From NCBI GenBank assembly GCA_012295275.1, contig CM022670.1, positions 35,340,001 through 35,404,000 of the forward strand: 64,000 nt of DNA, given 5' to 3'. The notes under the pieces are model-generated. The model did not search any database. It saw only the letters and a program-made list of their open reading frames with translations, and was not told the origin of the DNA. This DNA is from Chrysomallon squamiferum. Taxonomy: Eukaryota; Animalia; Mollusca. A program made the position numbers and the translations under genes. Numbering within the stretch: the stretch's first letter is position 1; each line of letters begins with the position of its first letter. This document shows positions 61,934 to 64,000 of this stretch, one piece after another.

Positions 61934-63852
61934 TTAGCATTCATAACTGAACGGAACTTTAAACATAGTGCTATGCCATGATTTTATAGTTAATACTGTT
62001 GGTAGTATTATTTATTTATTTATTTATTTTCAAATTGTCTAAAAGTTTATACCCCACCATCATATTATTATATAAATGTCAGATGAATAACCAACTATGA
62101 AAACGAAAATAAACGAATTAAAATTTTAAAAAAATAAAGAAAATTGCTAAAATAGGTTAACTTGTTCTACCTACTATTACTACTTCATCATTGTTCTAAA
62201 CATTTCAAGATAAACTGTACATTATTAATCATAAAATATAAAAAAATTTTTTGTGCCTTTTCAGCTGCAGCATTTTCGCGATGTTTTACGACATCGATGA
62301 AGATGTCTGCAATCCAGACAGTAAATACTGTTAACCGATATAACGCAACCGTCCAAAGTGTGTAGAAATTTCATGGGGATATTAACTGTACCGATTTCCG
62401 ACGTAAAATACGAATAAAAAGAAATCACGAAATTATCTCTTATACTTGCTGATGATTCGTTGTGGAAATATGCAGAGATCGCAACCGACTCGTACAATTA
62501 TTTGTACAAAGTCGTTTGTAAGAGTGTTATAGCTGAAGAAAGTGTTATCACTTTATTTACAAACCGATGAGGAAGATTTAGGTCAGAAGAAGAAGAAGAA
62601 AAAAGTAGTTGACACTCGATTTGTAAATCGTTTACGTGCATAAAAGGTACAAGATGGTATTATTACGTTTTGTTCAACGTCTTTCTTTTATTCAAATGTT
62701 AAAACAGAAGATGGTGTTGCCATTTTAGGTAAAAAAGCATCTTATGAAAATCTTAGGGTAAAAGATAATATTACTATTATTTAGAAACTAGAAAATTTTA
62801 CTATTGAAAAACCGCTTTTTAATTTAATTTAATTTAATTTTATTTGTAACGTGAGATGTTGTTTGTTGTAGAATTTTCAGATTTATATGTTGACAATAGA
62901 AATTCTTTCAAAACATTATTTTCTGTTGATTTTTGCAACAGTTTCATCATTTTTTCTTTTTCTTTCTTTTATTTATTTATTTACTTCTTCTTCCTTTTTA
63001 CGTTCTAAGCAGTAATTATAAAGTTATTGTTAGCAAATCACAGTACAAAATCTTTTCACGCCAGATTTACTTCTGTTCTCTTTCAACTCTTTGAATTACA
63101 TGCAAAGCAATTTGCGACGCAATACTTCTGTACTGATTTGACCCTTCTTCATCATCCCCTCTGCTTTTCTTTTTCTTTTTGTTTTTTGCTTTTGTTTTTC
63201 AATTGTTTTAAACTGCAAAATAAAAACAAAGACAAAAATCACTATAACGTAACAAACGGTCATGTTTTGTTTTAAGTGTGTCCTTGGCAGCTCTAATTGT
63301 AGTACGACACCAAAAAACGTCGTCTTCATTAAATGTACGTAAAGACCTTCGGGCATCTTTTCAGCCTTACCTCTTCAGTACTGCAACAACGTAAGCAACA
63401 ACGTAGCAACGTACATTGGCTTTTATTAATGACGTTGTCGTATTTCAAGGCTAACAGCACCGACACTGGGCAGTAAGAAAAAAGCGATGCGACACAAAGG
63501 TAAACACGCCTTAAAAGTGCTCGGCATCACGTCATGACAGTCACTGACAGCATTCCTGGCGAATTAACGACATAACGTGCGAGCCGCGGGCGCAGGCTAC
63601 GTCTTTCTTCTTAATCTACGACTGCCACGGCACACTTGAAAGAAAAAAAAAAACGTATCATCTCAAACGACTGGTTTCATACAGTCATCATCCATATTCA
63701 TCGATTTGTGGCTTGATTCTTTAGAGTTGCGCCCTGGGGTATAAGGACAAGGTTTATGATTAATGCTGTCTTCTTCAATACTCTCCTCTCTTCTTCTTCT
63801 TCTTCTTCGTTTTATTGTAACTGTTAAACATCCGTAGCACTAGCGTTAATCA

Positions 63853-63895
<43 letters not shown>

Positions 63896-64000
63896 TGCAT
63901 GACCAATCTTGTTTTATCCAATATCAATTTTCTGAAGAAAGGCAAAAAAGAAGAAGAAGAAGAAGAAGAAAAAAATTTTCATTGTTTCGTTTCTTGGGCT

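Overview
AT-rich, gene-poor animal genomic DNA (inferred invertebrate; the taxon cannot be fixed from the sequence) saturated with microsatellites: (CA)n, (CT/GA)n, (TA)n, (AAT)n, (TTTA)n and poly-A/T. Almost every ORF in the supplied track is a microsatellite artefact. Only two stretches look like real coding sequence, both on + and about 12.5 kb apart: ~18736-19212 and 31672-32458. Each encodes a small single-pass membrane protein with no signal peptide, N-terminal N-glycosylation sequons, one TM helix and a basic juxtamembrane segment. By eye both align without gaps to the TM core of vertebrate KCNE (MinK/MiRP) potassium-channel beta subunits, so they may be a tandem pair of invertebrate KCNE-like genes. 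In the second gene the coding signal continues in the +1 frame after about 32080-32116 (indel, disrupted allele or recoding). Between the genes lies a 53-bp minisatellite carrying 10 perfect CRE palindromes (TGACGTCA). The region 33-64 kb has no convincing exons but contains CpG-richer islands with clustered TF motifs (RFX X-boxes, DR1, YY1, ETS, E-boxes). No rRNA, tRNA, CRISPR array or intact transposon ORF was recognised.
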